From: Dictyostelium discoideum | Taxonomy: Eukaryota | Direction of reading: 5' to 3' | Assembly: GCA_000004695.1 (NCBI GenBank) | Contig: CM000155.2 | Span: 1,056,001 to 1,120,000, forward strand | DNA: 64,000 nucleotides | Shown: positions 1 through 27,195 of the stretch, piece after piece | How positions within the stretch are numbered: the first letter of the stretch is position 1 | How the letters are laid out: every line of letters begins with the position of its first letter | Program-made: the position numbers and the translations under genes | Notes under the pieces: generated by a model | Told to the model about the DNA's origin: nothing | Databases searched by the model: none | The model's input: the letters and a program-made list of their open reading frames with translations, nothing else

Positions 1-382
1 ATCCTACTCAAGTTTAATCATTGGTTTGGTTGTTGTATTGTTAATATTCTATCCAAACCAAATCCATTCATTAGTTACACTAAAGTTTTTAAATACTAAA
101 AAAATTAAATCAAAATTTTCATCTTCTTCATCATCATCATCTTCATCCTCCTCCAATAAATTGAAATTAAAGAAAAAGAAATAAACTTGATTGTAAAATT
201 TACTCTTTTATTTATTTATTTATTTAAATAAATCCTTTATTTTTTTATTTTTGTTTTAATAAAGTTTTTTTCTAATTAGACAAGAAAAGAAGAATGAATT
301 GAAATAATAAATAAATAAATAAATAAAATAAATAAATTTCAAATTATTTCTTTTATTTTGTTTTTTTTTTTTTTTTTTCTTC

Positions 383-1383
383 TTAAATGATTGTATCTAA
401 CCAATCTTCTAAATTATCACTTGTAACATTTCCATTATCAATTGGTGCTTTATCTGCTGTATCTTTTACTATTGGTGATAATGTAATCTCTTCGTTATCT
501 TTATTAATGATGGTATTGGTTTGAGTATTTGAAATTGTTTTTTGTTGTTTAATTTGTTCATGTTGTGGTTGTGGTTGTTGTTGTTGTTGTTGTTTATTTA
601 CAGATTCTGCTGATACTAAATGTTTATTTGATTTTCTTTTTAAATGTACAATATTACTTGGGTTTGGTAATTTAACTCCACTCTTTTTTTTAAATAGATA
701 ATAAATAAAAAAAAATTGTTATTAGTTATATTTTTTTTTTTTTTCTTTTTTTTTATACTATAATTTTATAGTTAAAGACTTACAAGATAATGATCATCTA
801 TATTTAATCTTTTAGATAAAGTGAATGATGATAATAATTTTTCAATTTCTAAAGTGTTTATTGTGTTATCGTTATTGGTTGTTTTTGTTTTATTATTATT
901 ATTATTATTATTATAATTATCATTATCAGCATCAGCATCATTAAATAACATTAAATTATCAAATTTAGGTATGAAATCAACCTTTGAGTCAATTAAAGAT
1001 TGCATATTTAAGAGTGAACCTTGATTATAATATTTTTCATCTAATTTCACTAATTTACTATGATCATTTTGTAATAAGACCCTTTTGCTATATTTAGATC
1101 TTGAATGATTGAATTTAATTTCTCCATTATCACTATCATTATCATCATTATCGTCATTATCTTTATCATTGTTTTCTTCACTGTTATTATTACTATTATT
1201 TAAAGTATTTTTTGGACGATAATTTGGATCTTGTTCTCTCTTTGCAAACTCTTCTCTTTCTTTTTTCTTTTGTTCATACTCTTGTTTTTTATATTTCCCT
1301 CTTGATGTATTTTTATCTACTGTTTTTCCACCTCTATGTTTATTTCTTGCTAATAATTTATGATTTATTGGTTCATCGGACAT
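383..1383 (-). CDS. Hypothetical basic, low-complexity (K/E/N/D-rich) protein, ~299 aa, two exons: complement(join(383..682,784..1383))
   Basis: The ORF-track minus ORF 772..1446 has an internal Met (MSDEPINHK...) at 1383. Reading through ends in ...HYLVSL*, but CTT|GTAAGT at 783..778 (minus strand) is a consensus donor. The acceptor ..aaaaaag| at 684..683 (minus strand) opens an in-frame exon (SGVKLPNPSNIVHLKRKS...DWLDTII*) that stops at 385..383. I recognised no domain. Confidence 0.45.
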
Positions 1384-1868
1384 CTTATGTTTGTTATTTA
1401 AAACAAAAAAAAAAAAAAAATTAAAAATAAAAAAAAAAAATTTCAAAAAAAAAAAAAAAAATCTTAAAAAATAAAATAAATAATTAAAATAATAATAAAA
1501 AAAAAATATTTAAATTTGGAAAATAAGTGAAATCATTTTCTTTTCAAAGTACCCCTTTTTTTTATAACCAATAAGTAGAATTAAAAAAAAATAAATTCAA
1601 TTTTTAAAAAAAGTTGGTTTGGATGAAGTTCAAATTTTTAAAAATATCATCAAATTATTTTATTACCAAAAAAGTAATAATTCAATAAAACACATGAATT
1701 ATTATTTTTAAAATAAAAATAAAAAAAAAAGGAAAAAACATTATTTAGGTTCGATATAATTTAATTCAGAAAAAAAAAAAAAAAAAAAACCAGTTTTATT
1801 AAATTTAGAAATGAAATACAACAATTTTTATTTTTTTATTTTTTTTTTTTTTTAAAAAATTAATTTTC

Positions 1869-1903
<35 letters not shown>

Positions 1904-2458
1904 AAAAAATAAAAAAAAAAATAAAATTCCTCCGCCCTTTTTTTTTTTTTTTTAAGGAAAATTCATGGACCAAAAAAAAAAATATTTATCTTATCAGTTA
2001 ATTTTTAATTAATTTCAAGTAGTTAATTTAAATTTCTGAATAAATTTATTGTTTGTAAGATCTCCTAAATTGGACCTTATTTTATTTTTTTTAGAAAAAA
2101 ATAAAAAATAATAATTAAATATAAAAATAAAAATAAAAAATTAAAAAAATCTTAAAACATAATAAAAAAAATCTTAAAACACAATAAAAAAAAAAATTAA
2201 AAAAAAAAAAAAAAAAAACATATTTATTTAATTCTTCTTTTGCATATCACCTAACCAATAATTTATAAATTATAATATATATATATATATGATAGTTTAG
2301 GTTTATTATTATTATTGTCATTTAGAATTATTTTGGATAAATACAAAAACAACAAAAATAAACAATATCAATTTTTGTAAAGAAGTAAAATAACAAAAGA
2401 AAACACAAAAAAACACACATAAAAAAAAAAACACATAAAACACAATATATAGATAAAA

Positions 2459-3755
<1,297 letters not shown>

Positions 3756-3971
3756 ATTATTAAATTATTATTATTATTTTTAATATTATTTTAAAGTGTA
3801 AAAAAAAAAAAAAAAACTAAAAACTAAAAACTAAAAACTAAAAAACAAAAATAGATTTAGAGATATTTTATTTTTATTTTTATTTTTATTTTAGTTTAAT
3901 ATTACACTGGATAAAAAGGATTAGGTTTGATTATTATTATTTATTTATTTATTTATTTCTATATATATTTT

Positions 3972-5543
<1,572 letters not shown>

Positions 5544-6123
5544 TATATATTAACTCTTATTTATCTATCTAAAAATAAAATTAAAAAAAAAAAAAAAAAA
5601 AAATTAAAAAATAAAAATAAAAATAAATTAAAAAAAACAAATTCAAAAAAAAAAAAAAAAAAAAAAACTTTAAAAAAAAAATAATTTGGTATTTACAAAT
5701 TAGTTTTTTATTTTGGGTAAAAAATTTTTTTTATTATAAAATTGATTTTAAAAATCAAATATTAATATGAGATTGGTCCAGGGGTTTTTTTTTTTTTTTT
5801 TTTTTTTAAAAAATAAATGGGCCAATATTTCCTAATATTTATTTTGTTAAAAAATTAAATCTTTTACTATTATTTTTTTTTAAAATTTTAATTAACAAAT
5901 TAATTTCCGATTATTTTTTTTTTTTTTTTACAAATTAGAATCTACTTTTTTTTTTTTTTAAACATTTTTGTATTATATTTCCTTGAAAAATAAAAAAAAA
6001 TAAAAAAAAATAAAAATTAAAAAATGAAATAAATTTAAATTATTTTTTTCGTAAAAAAAAAAAAAAAAAAAAAAAAACCAGTTTTGTTTGGAAAAAAAAA
6101 AAAAATAGAAATAAAAAAAAAAA

Positions 6124-6925
6124 ATGAGTGATATTATTTCAATTGAAAAAATTAATGAAAATGAAATTTCAGTGTTAATTAGACCAATGCATATAAATGA
6201 TATAAATACAATTTATTCAATACAAAAAGAAATATTTCCAGCTGATGATTTATTTGAATCTTATGAAGCATTTGAAAATAAATTTTTAGTTTATCCACAA
6301 GGTTGTTTTTGTGTTGAATTAATTTTAGAGGGTGAAATAATTGATCAAGAAAATATCAATAAATATGAACCATCATCAGATTTAGAAATTAATAAAAAGA
6401 AATTACTAGGTCATTTCTTTTCACATCCATGGACAAAAGGTGAATTTCCACCATTAAATAACGCAAAAGCAATCAATGATGGAGTTGATAAAATCATTGA
6501 TAGATCAATAGGTGAGTTGGTAACAGGTGTAAATAAAGAGAATGTAATGTTATATCTTAATGAAATCGCAGTTAGACCAATGGCAAGAGGTTTCAATTTA
6601 GCACGTTTATTATCAAATAGAGTTTTACATCACCTTTCAAAACAGTCACCATCATTTGACCATATTGGGTTGGTTTCTGTTCAAGGTTCTTTCACAGTTT
6701 GGGCTTCGATCGGTTTCGATATTGATCATAATTTACCACAAAAAAAAAAAGATTATCTTTGTAAAAATTATGGTGAAAAATCTTGTTATATGAAAATGGA
6801 TTATTCAAAGAAAATTAAAAATTTAAAAAATAATCAACTTTATATTTGTCCAAATTTAATTTCAAATAATGTTAATAGTGGTATTTATTATTATGGTAAA
6901 TTATTTAAAGAAGTTAAAAGAGTTT

Positions 6926-6936
<11 letters not shown>
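6124..6936 (+). CDS. Single-exon 270-aa protein, possibly a GNAT-type acetyltransferase
   Basis: Uninterrupted ORF with an A-rich leader and an oligo-A tail. The segment YLNEIAVRPMARGFNLARLL resembles the GNAT motif A ([QR]xxGxG/A following a beta-strand); nothing else was recognised. Confidence 0.4.
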
Positions 6937-6962
<26 letters not shown>

Positions 6963-7212
6963 TAAAATTAAACTAATTATATATAAAAATGTATAAAAAA
7001 AAAGAAAATAAAAAAAAAGAAATTTCAAAATGATTCCATTTTTAAACCAAATCAATTTGTTTTATATTAATTTATTTTTTTATTTTTTTTTTTATTTTTT
7101 TTATTTTTTTTATTTTTTTTTTTTAAAATTATCATAGGTCTCCAAATTAAAAATATTTTTTTTTTTTTTTTTTTTTTTTAAAATAATTCACTTCAAACCA
7201 CACTAAAAAAAA

Positions 7213-8401
7213 ATGATTCAAAAAGTTGGAATTATTGGTAGTGGTATAAGTGGTTTATCAAGTTATTATTATTTAAGAAATGGTATAAATTTAACATCAA
7301 AATTTTCAAAAAATAATTTAAAGATTAATATTTTTGAAAAATCAAATAAAGTTGGAGGTAATATTCAAACAAGGATAATTCAAGGTAAAAATAAAGACGA
7401 AAAGATAATTGTTGAAGAAGGACCAAGAAGTTTAAGAGCATTAGGTAGAGGATTAAATACATTAGAGTTTATAAAAAGATTAGGTATTTCAAATGATATA
7501 ATATTTAGTAGTGCAAATAGTAATGGTAAATTTGTACTATTAGATGGTAAACCAAAAGAAATCCCAATGACAAGTTTATTTGACATTATTAAATTCTCAT
7601 TCAAACATTCCATTGTAAGTTCAATACTTAAAGAACCATTTAAAAAAGTACCAAGCCAAGTTAAAGAAATGGATCCGAATTGGGATGAATCTGTACACGA
7701 TTTCTTTTCACGTAGATTAGGTAAAACAATGACAAAAACATTTATAGAACCAACAATACTTGGGATTTATGGTGGTGATTACACAAATCTATCGATTAAA
7801 TCTACTTTTAAAAGAGCAGCATTACTCGAACCTTTTGGTGGTTTAATTTTAGGTTCATTATTTAAATCTAAAAAACAAAAACAATTTGAGTTGGATTTAG
7901 ATAAAAATGAAAAACGTTTACTTCCATCTAAAAACGAATTAACTGAATTGTTTGATAAAGATACCGATAAAACAAATGTTTTCTCATTTAAAGAGAATGG
8001 ATTATCAAGAATGATACAAAAATTAAAATCTTTAATTGAAAGTGATAGTTTAACCAAACTATATTTATCAACAAGTATAGTTGAAATTGAAAAGGATGTA
8101 ACTAATGGTACATTAAAAGTCACTGATAATAAAGGTAATCAATATCAATATGATCAATTAATATCAACAATTCCATTGAATCAATTAGCACCAATGTTTA
8201 AAAAATCAGATTCAAAACTTTATCAACTTTTACAATCAGTTAATTATACTTCAATTGCAGTTATAAACTTAATTTATAAATCAAATAAAAATGTTGTAAA
8301 AATTATTAGTGATAAAGGATTTGGTTATTTAGTTCCATCAAAAGAGAACCAATCTGTAATTGGTGTTTGTTTTGATTCAAATACTTTTCCAGAATTTGTA
8401 A

Positions 8402-8437
<36 letters not shown>

Positions 8438-8811
8438 GTAATGAAAAAGATCAATCAATTATTACTGTTATGATTGGTGGTAATAATGGTATAAAAGATA
8501 GAAATGATAATTGGATTGATGTTACAAATACATCAAAAGATAAACTATTAGATATCGCTTTAAAACATTTAGATAAAGTTTTAGATATAGAATCATCACC
8601 TGATTTTACAAATGTTTCAATTTATGATAATGGTATTCCTCATTATAATATTGGTCACCAAAATTTAATAAATGAAATTCAAAATCATATTACTAAAAAC
8701 TATGGTACAACTTTACTTTTAGGTGGTAATTCAATTGATGGTGTTGGTATTAATGACTCAATTCATAAATCAAAACAATTAATTAATAGTTTAAAATTAT
8801 CAAATAATTAA
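7213..8811 (+). CDS. ppox: Protoporphyrinogen oxidase (PPOX, haem biosynthesis), 532 aa, single exon
   Basis: N-terminal FAD dinucleotide-binding fold KVGIIGSGISGLSS. The run EEGPRSLR...VHDFFSRRLGKTMTKTFIEPTILGIYGGDYTNLSIKSTF lines up with human PPOX ([39 protein letters not shown]). FGYLVPS matches FGHLVPS, and the C-terminal GGNSIDGVGINDSI matches GASYEGVAVNDCI. Confidence 0.88.
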
Positions 8812-9048
8812 AATTAAAATTAAATAATAATAAGTTATTATTTATTTAATTTGTGGTGTGTTTGGGAAAAAAATAAAAAATAAAAAAATAAATAAATTAT
8901 AGTAAATTGACCACCCACAAAATAAATTATTTGTTTTATTTTATTTATTTCATACCACACTTTTCTTTTTACAAATAAATATTCAGTTTTTTTTATTTTT
9001 TTATTTTATTTATTTTTATTTATTTTTTATTTATTAAATACATTTAAA

Positions 9049-9082
<34 letters not shown>

Positions 9083-9128
9083 TCATTATTATTTAATTAT
9101 TTAATTATTTAAAATCTAAAGGATAAAA

Positions 9129-9905
9129 ATGGAATTTAAAAAGATTTTAATAGTAACTATAATTTTTATTGAAATTGTTTTTGGTGGTGGAAATCCAATT
9201 TTCTTAGAAAATAAAATTAGTTTGGGAAAGAATCAATTACAAGCTAATTATCCAGTATTTGATATTCCAGCTAATTATGTAACAATTTTTACCTTAAAAA
9301 TTGATGATTCAATTAAAAATTCAGATATTAATATTAATATTGGTTCACAAAAAGAGAATGGTAATGATTTAATTTTATTACAATTTAATGAATTAAATTA
9401 TGTTCAAGGAAATACACCATTCTTAGTTCAACTATGTACAAATTCAGATGAAGAATTATTTAATATAACATGTTTAAATTATGATAATTCTGATTGTAAA
9501 CTATCAATTTCAGTCAATGCATCAAATTCAAAAAGTTTTTGTTCTCAAACTCTTGATACATCCACTTTTGATGAATTTTTAAAAAACTTTTTCGATTTTG
9601 GTTTCCCACAACTTGGTCAATTTTCTAATGAAAATCAACCACAACAACAACCACAACAACAACCACCACCACAACAACAACCACCACAGCAAGGACAAGA
9701 AGAACAGGTACAAGGACAACAACAACAACAACAACAAGAACAATCAAATGGAAACCAACAAAATCAAGATAATAGTGAAGATAATGGTGAATTAAGACCT
9801 CTAATTAAAAGCCAACAACAACAAAATCAACCAAAATTGAAAATATCAAGATTTAATGATGAAACTAGTAATTGGTTTAATAATTTTTTTAAAAATAATT
9901 TTTAA
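9129..9905 (+). CDS. Secreted, Gln/Pro-rich hypothetical protein, 258 aa
   Basis: Hydrophobic N-terminal signal (MEFKKILIVTIIFIEIVFGG). Cys-containing middle region followed by a (CAA/CCA)n QQQPQQQPPPQQQ tract. No recognisable domain. Confidence 0.5.
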   Translation: MEFKKILIVTIIFIEIVFGGGNPIFLENKISLGKNQLQANYPVFDIPANYVTIFTLKIDDSIKNSDININIGSQKENGNDLILLQFNELNYVQGNTPFLVQLCTNSDEELFNITCLNYDNSDCKLSISVNASNSKSFCSQTLDTSTFDEFLKNFFDFGFPQLGQFSNENQPQQQPQQQPPPQQQPPQQGQEEQVQGQQQQQQQEQSNGNQQNQDNSEDNGELRPLIKSQQQQNQPKLKISRFNDETSNWFNNFFKNNF

Positions 9906-9922
9906 AAAAATAATAATAATAA

Positions 9923-9957
<35 letters not shown>

Positions 9958-10046
9958 TGAATAGATTAATAAATAAATTAGATTAAATTAATACAAGTGA
10001 CAAAAAAAATTTTATAGTTAATTAAATTTTTTTTTTTTTTTTTTTT

Positions 10047-12575
10047 TTAATTATCTCTTTCGTAAGCAATTTGAGTTGGAGAATCATTATTTAAATTTGC
10101 GGTTATTGTTGTTGAACTACCAATATTTGTAGTAGTAGTAGTATTATTATTACTATTTAAATTATTAGTATTTGGAAGTGGATATAATTGAATGATTTGA
10201 TTTGCAATTATATGAGAGATTGCATAAATTGTAATCATTGGGTTAACACCAACTGAACTTGGTAATACAGAACCATCGGCAATGAATAATCTTTTAACAT
10301 CCCAAGATTCACCATTTTCATTGACGACAGAATTTGATTTACTTGAACCCATTCTACAAGAACCCATTTGATGAGCACTAAGTATAACGGTTTGATTAGA
10401 TTTATAACCATTTGATTTAATTGCTTTAATATACTGTTCAATTGTATCTTGATTTCCAGGTTTAAAGCCACTAATTGGTATAGATGCTTCAATTGCACCA
10501 ATCTTTATCAATGCTCTTAACGATGCTTCAATTGATGGTAACATTGATTTCCAATCACGATCCGATAGTGTGTATTGAATTTTAGGGGATCTACCATCTT
10601 TATCCAATCTAATTTTACCAGGTACTGTATCTCTACAAATTGAAATGAATCCACTGTAATAACGTGCTTTCAACATTCGTTTCTTAAAATTGAATGAATC
10701 ATCCCACATGAATGCACAATTTGAACCAGATAGTGCGATATGGGAGTTGGGAGTCTCCAAGATTGAACCTGTATTCTTCCCACTGTTTGGTAATATTTTT
10801 TGATACTTTTTACTAATTACAGTCATTGGTGGGCCTTTCCAAACCTCAACTGGTTGTGTATGTTCACCAATGATTGGTACAACTGGATGAAGATATAAAT
10901 TGTTACCAATATTACTATTCTTAATTCTACTTTTTAACAATAAAGTTGGTGTATGTAATGCACCAGCTGAACAAACTACAATATGTGATTTAATAAAAAC
11001 TCTATATTTTAAACCATCTGGTGTACTAACATATGCAATTACACCATGCACTGTTTGACCACCACCACCATTAGTTGTTGTTGAGTTTGTTGGTATTGTT
11101 GTTGTTGTAATTTCTTCAGCTTGACAATTTGTAATTATTTGACCACCTTTACTACAACAATCTTCTAAATAAGTTACCATTGAACTTTGTTTTGATTTTG
11201 ATCTACAACCCATTGAGCAATTACCACATTGAGTGGTATCACAATTTTTAGTATTTCTTGGAATTGGTTGAGGATCAGCATCTAGTTCACGTAATGCTTG
11301 TTCAAGTAATTTATTGTTTCTATTATGTGCACCAGTACCATCTAGTGCGGTATCGATTGTATTTACATTTAATCTTGATGAAACTGAATCCATAGCATTA
11401 TTGAATTTAATTGAATCGAAAGCATTGGGACATTGTTTTCTCCATTCCTCCAAGATTATATCGGGTGTTCTGATTGAGGCTGTCCAATTAACGGTTGTAC
11501 CACCACCTAAACAATTTCCTGCTAAAATGTTTACTGATAGATCATCCGATGTTAAAGTACCTGCTTGTTCATAAAGCAATGGGAATGCTTCACTCTCTTT
11601 CCATGTCATATTATTGGAGGAGATGTAACTACCCTTTTCCAACACTATAACTTTATAACCTGCCTCGGCTAATAATGCCGCGGTTACACCACCACCAGCA
11701 CCTGAACCAATTACAACTACATCTGCTTTCAATGAAGTTTCCGATGTTATTTTTATAAATGATAATTTCTCTTCACCTGGTATTTGTTCAGGTGGTGGAG
11801 GTGTATCATATCCAACGGCATCCCAATTGGGATTACTTGTTTCACCCCTATCCCCAATCACTGAATAATATATCGATATTGCCAATGGTACAATGGCTTT
11901 AAATGCTTGTCTTCTAATTGGATTCGATGAACTTTTCATCATTGTTAAAACTTGTTGTCTACTTTTTAATGGTAAATTCACAAAACTACTAAATTGACCT
12001 GTCAATATTATACCTGCTCCTGTTGTTGAAAATAATCCTAATAATGTTTTTAAATCACTAATTTGACTTGAACTTTTAGTTGCTACAATTAATTTTAAAA
12101 AATGTCCTGCAACATCTAAATCTGATGATTTTCTAAAAAAAATAATAAAATAAATAAATAAATAAATAAATAAATAAATTATTATTAAAGTTTAAAAAAA
12201 TTATAAATTTTACCTTTTAAAATATTCTTTTAAAATATTTAATTGATGTTCTTTATGATTTTCATCAGAATTTTTTGAGTTTTTTGGTAATAGGTTTTCA
12301 ATTTCATTTAAAGCAATTTCAGAATCATCAGAGAATAATGTATCACATATAACAGTTAGGGTTTTATACTCTGTCAATGTGAATATCCCATTGGATTCTG
12401 TGTGAACATCATTTTTATTTGAATTTGAGGTTGTTGTTGTGGTTGTATTTGATGTTGGTGTTGATGTTGACATTCTATTTGAAATTAAATAGGTACTTGT
12501 AATAATAATTACAAATACTGTTAAAAATAAAATTCCAATTGAAAATATAATTTTTGTATTTATATGTACACACAC
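10047..12575 (-). CDS. GMC-family FAD oxidoreductase, long-chain fatty alcohol oxidase-like, ~815 aa, two exons: complement(join(10047..12132,12214..12575))
   Basis: Exon 1 (MCVHINTKIIFSIGILFLTVFVIIITSTYLI...) supplies a membrane anchor and ends AAAAG|GTAAAA. Exon 2 begins in phase 2 (R-KSSDLDVAGHFLKLIVATKSSS...) and carries the GMC N-terminal ADP-binding motif VVVIGSGAGGGVTAALLAEAGYKVIVLEKG, the CGNCSMGC motif typical of fungal/plant fatty alcohol oxidases, and the GMC C-terminal NPMITIYAISHIIAN. Confidence 0.8.
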
Positions 12576-13486
12576 AATAAAACAATTGCAAATTTTTTCT
12601 AAATTTTTTTTTTTTTTTTTTTTTTTATTAATAATATTATGATATTTTTATTTTTATTTTTATTTTTTTTATTAATAATATTATTATTTTTATTTTAATT
12701 TAATTTTAATTTATTTTATCTTATTCGGTATAAAATGATAATATTACAATGAAAAACTCTAATTAGTATTAATTATTTTTATTATTTGAAGGAGGGGTGT
12801 ACTAATGTTTTTTTTTTAGATTGCACCAAAATTTAAAAAAAAATAAAATAAAAATAAAAAAAAAAACAAATTAAAAAAAAAAAAAAAAAAAAAAACCAAT
12901 TAAAAAAAAAAAAATAAAATCTAAGCAATTATTTTCACAACACGAATAACAGTTTATATAAATATATAAATATTGCAAATTATATTAACAACCCAAATGA
13001 AATTAAATTCTATAAATAAAAAATAATAATAGTTATTAGTTTATTGACAATGGTTTTTTTTTTTTTTTTTTTTTTTTTTCCAGAGATATAAAAAAAGTAC
13101 ACGATTTCAAATTAAAAAATTTAAAAAAAATTAAAATTTAAAAAAAAAAAATAAAAAAAATTAATTTTAAAAAAAAAAAAAAAAAAGATATCTAAATTTA
13201 TTTTAATTTCATTTAAATTTATTTTAAGCTCAGTTTCATTTGAAAATTCATTCCCTTTATTAAAATCCCCTTTTAAATTATTAGTATTAGTATTTGTTAA
13301 ATGTAAATAAAACAGGAAAAAATAAAAAAAAAATAATATAAAATCAAAAAAAAAATAAAAAATAAAAAAAAATAACCAAAAATAAATAGCAAAATAAACA
13401 ATCAATTAAAAATAAACAATAAACAATTTTTATTTCCGATCGACTCACCAAATTTGTAATTTATTTTAAACACCCACAAAATAAAG

Positions 13487-13532
<46 letters not shown>

Positions 13533-13820
13533 GGCGTTTTTTTTTTTTTTAAAATTTTTTAAATTTTTTTTTTTTAAGTGATAACTGAATTGTCTTTAAA
13601 AATTTTTTTACAAATAAACAACATATAAATAATAATAATAATAATAATTATAATTATAATAATAATAATAGTAATAATTATAATTATAATAATATACTAA
13701 ATTAAAATTTTTATTAATGATAATAGATTAGGAAAAACAATAAAATAAATAATAATAAGAAAATAAAATAAAATAAAATATATAGAGTTTTAAATATATA
13801 TATATTTCAATATATATATA

Positions 13821-14153
13821 ATGAACTCATCAAAGTCGATATCAAGTTCATCGACAATTCATTATCATCCAAAGAATAAAATTAAATTTATTCCATTTGG
13901 ATCAACGACAGCTAATTCAAGTTTTGATGATGAAGAAACAATAAATAACAATAATACCAATAACATAATAGTAAATAGTAAATCACCGATGTCTAATAAA
14001 ACAACAACAACAACAATAATAGATTCAAGAGATCAAAGCACTCATGTAAAAAGTAATAAATTAAATTTTAGCGATGAAATTAGTACAACCAATAAAAGTA
14101 ATAATAGTAATGGTAATAATATAAATGTAGAATATGAAGAAGAAATAAAAAAC

Positions 14154-14212
<59 letters not shown>

Positions 14213-15265
14213 TGATGATTATGACAATAGGTATGATGAAGAGGATCATCTTGTAGATTTTGAAGAAGATGATAAATTCTCATCTTCATCATCTTCATCA
14301 TCTTCATCAAATTCATTGTCAACTTTAGATCAACAACAATATAGCCAGCAGCATCATCATCATCATCACCACCATCATCATAAAAATTCAAATACATTGG
14401 TTGATAGTAGTGGTGGTAGTAGTAGTAGTGGTAGTAAATTATCATATACATTAACATTTATATTTGGTTTAATTGTTATATTTGCATGTATTTTTTATTT
14501 TTCAAAGAATTTAGTATCATTTTTAGAGTTTGTAAAAGAGTTGGGTTTATTGGGTAATGTGATATTGGGTATCGCATTCTTACCAACTGGTATACCATTG
14601 GCAATATTTAGTATATATATACCGTTGACATTATCAGCTGGTTTCATTTATGGATTCGTACCAGGTTTCATCACGGTTGCTATTGGAAGTGCAATCTCTG
14701 CAAGTTTTGGATTTTGGACAACTAGAAAATTATCTTTGAAATTCTTTGAATCAAAAATTGAACAATCACCAAAATTATCTTCACTAAGAAATAGAGTTGA
14801 ACAACATCCTTTCAAAATTATAATCATTATGAGATTATTACCAATTCCATTTGGTATTCAAAATGGTTTATGTGCTGTATGTGTATATTATTATTATTAA
14901 TATTAATATAGTAATACATAAAAAAATATTTACTAATAATTATTATTATTTATTAAAAGGTAACAAGAATTTCATATACAAAATTTATTTATTCATCAGT
15001 GATTGGGTTAACATTTGAAAATCTATTATTATCTTATCTAGGTAGTTCTATAAAATCAATAACAGATATTACAAATGGTCATCAAAATGCGTTTTCATCA
15101 TATCAACAAGGTTTAATTGCAATTGCGATTGTTGCTGCTATAATTTTAACTTGTATTGGTAAAAAGGTTTTATCTTTATCTGCTTATCATCAACCACTAC
15201 CTGTAACAATGAATGATATAAATAATAATAATAATAATGGTATTAATAATGAAAATAATAGTATT

Positions 15266-15322
<57 letters not shown>

Positions 15323-15514
15323 AAAGATAACCAAGCAAAAGATATTGTATTGGTAATAAAATCAACATCTTCATCAAATTTAATACCACCCACTCCAACA
15401 CCTTTAACTTCTGATGTTATATCAATATCAAAAGAAAATAATAATTTAAATTCAACTATTAGTTTAACAACATCAATATCAAATACTACCAAAAAATTAG
15501 AAAAAATTAAATAA
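13821..15514 (+). CDS. TVP38/TMEM64 (DedA/SNARE-associated Golgi protein) family membrane protein, ~536 aa, two exons: join(13821..14876,14960..15514)
   Basis: Long low-complexity N-terminus (poly-N, a His10 tract, poly-S). Then membrane spans and the family motif ...IIIMRLLPIPFGIQNGLCA|VTRISYTKFIYSSVIGLTFENLLLSYLGS, split by an 83-nt intron (GTATGT...AAAAG). Reading through instead gives the stop at 14900. The C-terminal tail is Asn-rich. Confidence 0.72.
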
Positions 15515-15768
15515 TAAATATTATTTTTTGTTTTTCCAGAAATTTTATTTTTATTTTTTTTTTTTAATAAAAATAAAAATAAAAAAATTAATATCAATCT
15601 TTTATTTTTTTTTTTTTTTTTTTAAACAATTTTATAATGTTAATAATATGAAAATTAATTTTCATACTATATTTTTTTTTTTTTTTTTTTTTAATCATTT
15701 TTTTAAACTTTTCTGGCAATGATGTCAGTTGAAAAAAAAAAAACTTAAAAAAAAAAGTAATTAATAAA

Positions 15769-15810
<42 letters not shown>

Positions 15811-15920
15811 GTATTTTTTTTTTTTTTTTTTTTTTTATTTTAAATTATTTTGAAATTTTGGAAAAAAAAAAAAAGAAAAAATTAATTGATTGTTTTAATC
15901 ATTCAATATCATAACAGATA

Positions 15921-25998
<10,078 letters not shown>

Positions 25999-26257
25999 AA
26001 AAAAAAAACAATTAAAAAAAAAAACAATTTAAAAAAAAAAAAAATATTTGTATAAAAGAAATCAATAAAAACCTGATGTATATCGTTTTAAAATTTTTTG
26101 TTCTATTTTATTTTTATTTTTTTATTTTCATTTTTTTATTTATTTTTTTTTTTTTTTTTCGCACAAGTGTTTAATTATTTTTTTATTTTTTTTTTATTTT
26201 TATTTTTTTCGATTTTCAGATTTCCTAAAATAACAAATAATAATAATAATAATAATA

Positions 26258-26792
26258 ATGACAAATATTAGTGAATTTAAATCATTACCAAATGCAAATG
26301 AACCAAAAATGGATCATTTAACAACAAAAGATTATAAAGATGTTTATGAACCATCAGAAGATTCATATTTATTTATAGATTCATTACAAAAGGATTATGA
26401 AAATATAAAAGAAATGAAACCATTTATAATGTTAGAGATTGGATCTGGTAGTGGATTTGTAATAACATTTCTAGCTAAATTGTTAGGTAATGATGGTAGT
26501 AAATATTATATGTCAACTGATATCAATCCAAAGGCTGCTATTGCATCAAGTAAAACTTCAATTGAAAATAATGTTCATTTAGATGTTTTAAATACTTCTT
26601 TCGTTTCATCAATTGAAAGACTTAAAGGCTCAATAGACATTTTATTATTTAATCCACCTTATGTTCCAACACCTTCTGAAGAAGTTAATGAAGGTGGTAT
26701 CGTTGCTTCTTGGGCTGGTGGTATAAATGGTAGGGAAGTTATTGATAAATTATTACCTCAAATACCTGTAAGTTAAAAATTATTTAAATTAA

Positions 26793-26864
<72 letters not shown>

Positions 26865-27195
26865 AATAATTAAAAATAAGAAGAAATTTCAAAATAAAAA
26901 TATTAATAATAATTTTTTTAAACAATTTCAGAGCATTTTATCAAAAAAAGGATTTTTTTATATTGTATTAGTTCAAGAAAATAAACCAAAACAAGTAATT
27001 TCTATATTAGGAGAATATGGATTTAGTTATAAAGTAGTTGGAAAAAGAAAAGCAAGAAATGAATTATTATACATTATAAAATTTTATAGAGAAAATAATA
27101 ATAATAATAGTAATTATAGTAATAATAATAGTAATGATAATAATAATAATAGTAATAATAATAGTAATGATAATAATAATAATAGTGTTAACTAA
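26258..27195 (+). CDS. HemK2/N6AMT1/Mtq2-type glutamine N5-methyltransferase (eRF1 methyltransferase), ~257 aa, two exons: join(26258..26767,26932..27195)
   Basis: VYEPSEDSYLFIDSL...IMLEIGSGSGFVITFLAKLLG...YMSTDINPKA...DILLFNPPYVPTP (SAM-binding motif I and the NPPY catalytic motif) closely parallel human N6AMT1. Exon 2 SILSKKGFFYIVLVQENKPKQVISIL... matches the N6AMT1 C-terminus. The intron contains an (AAATAAAT)n repeat. Confidence 0.85.
26780..26862. repeat. (AAATAAAT)n octamer repeat within the intron of the methyltransferase gene
   Basis: Direct reading (~10 units). Confidence 0.85.
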
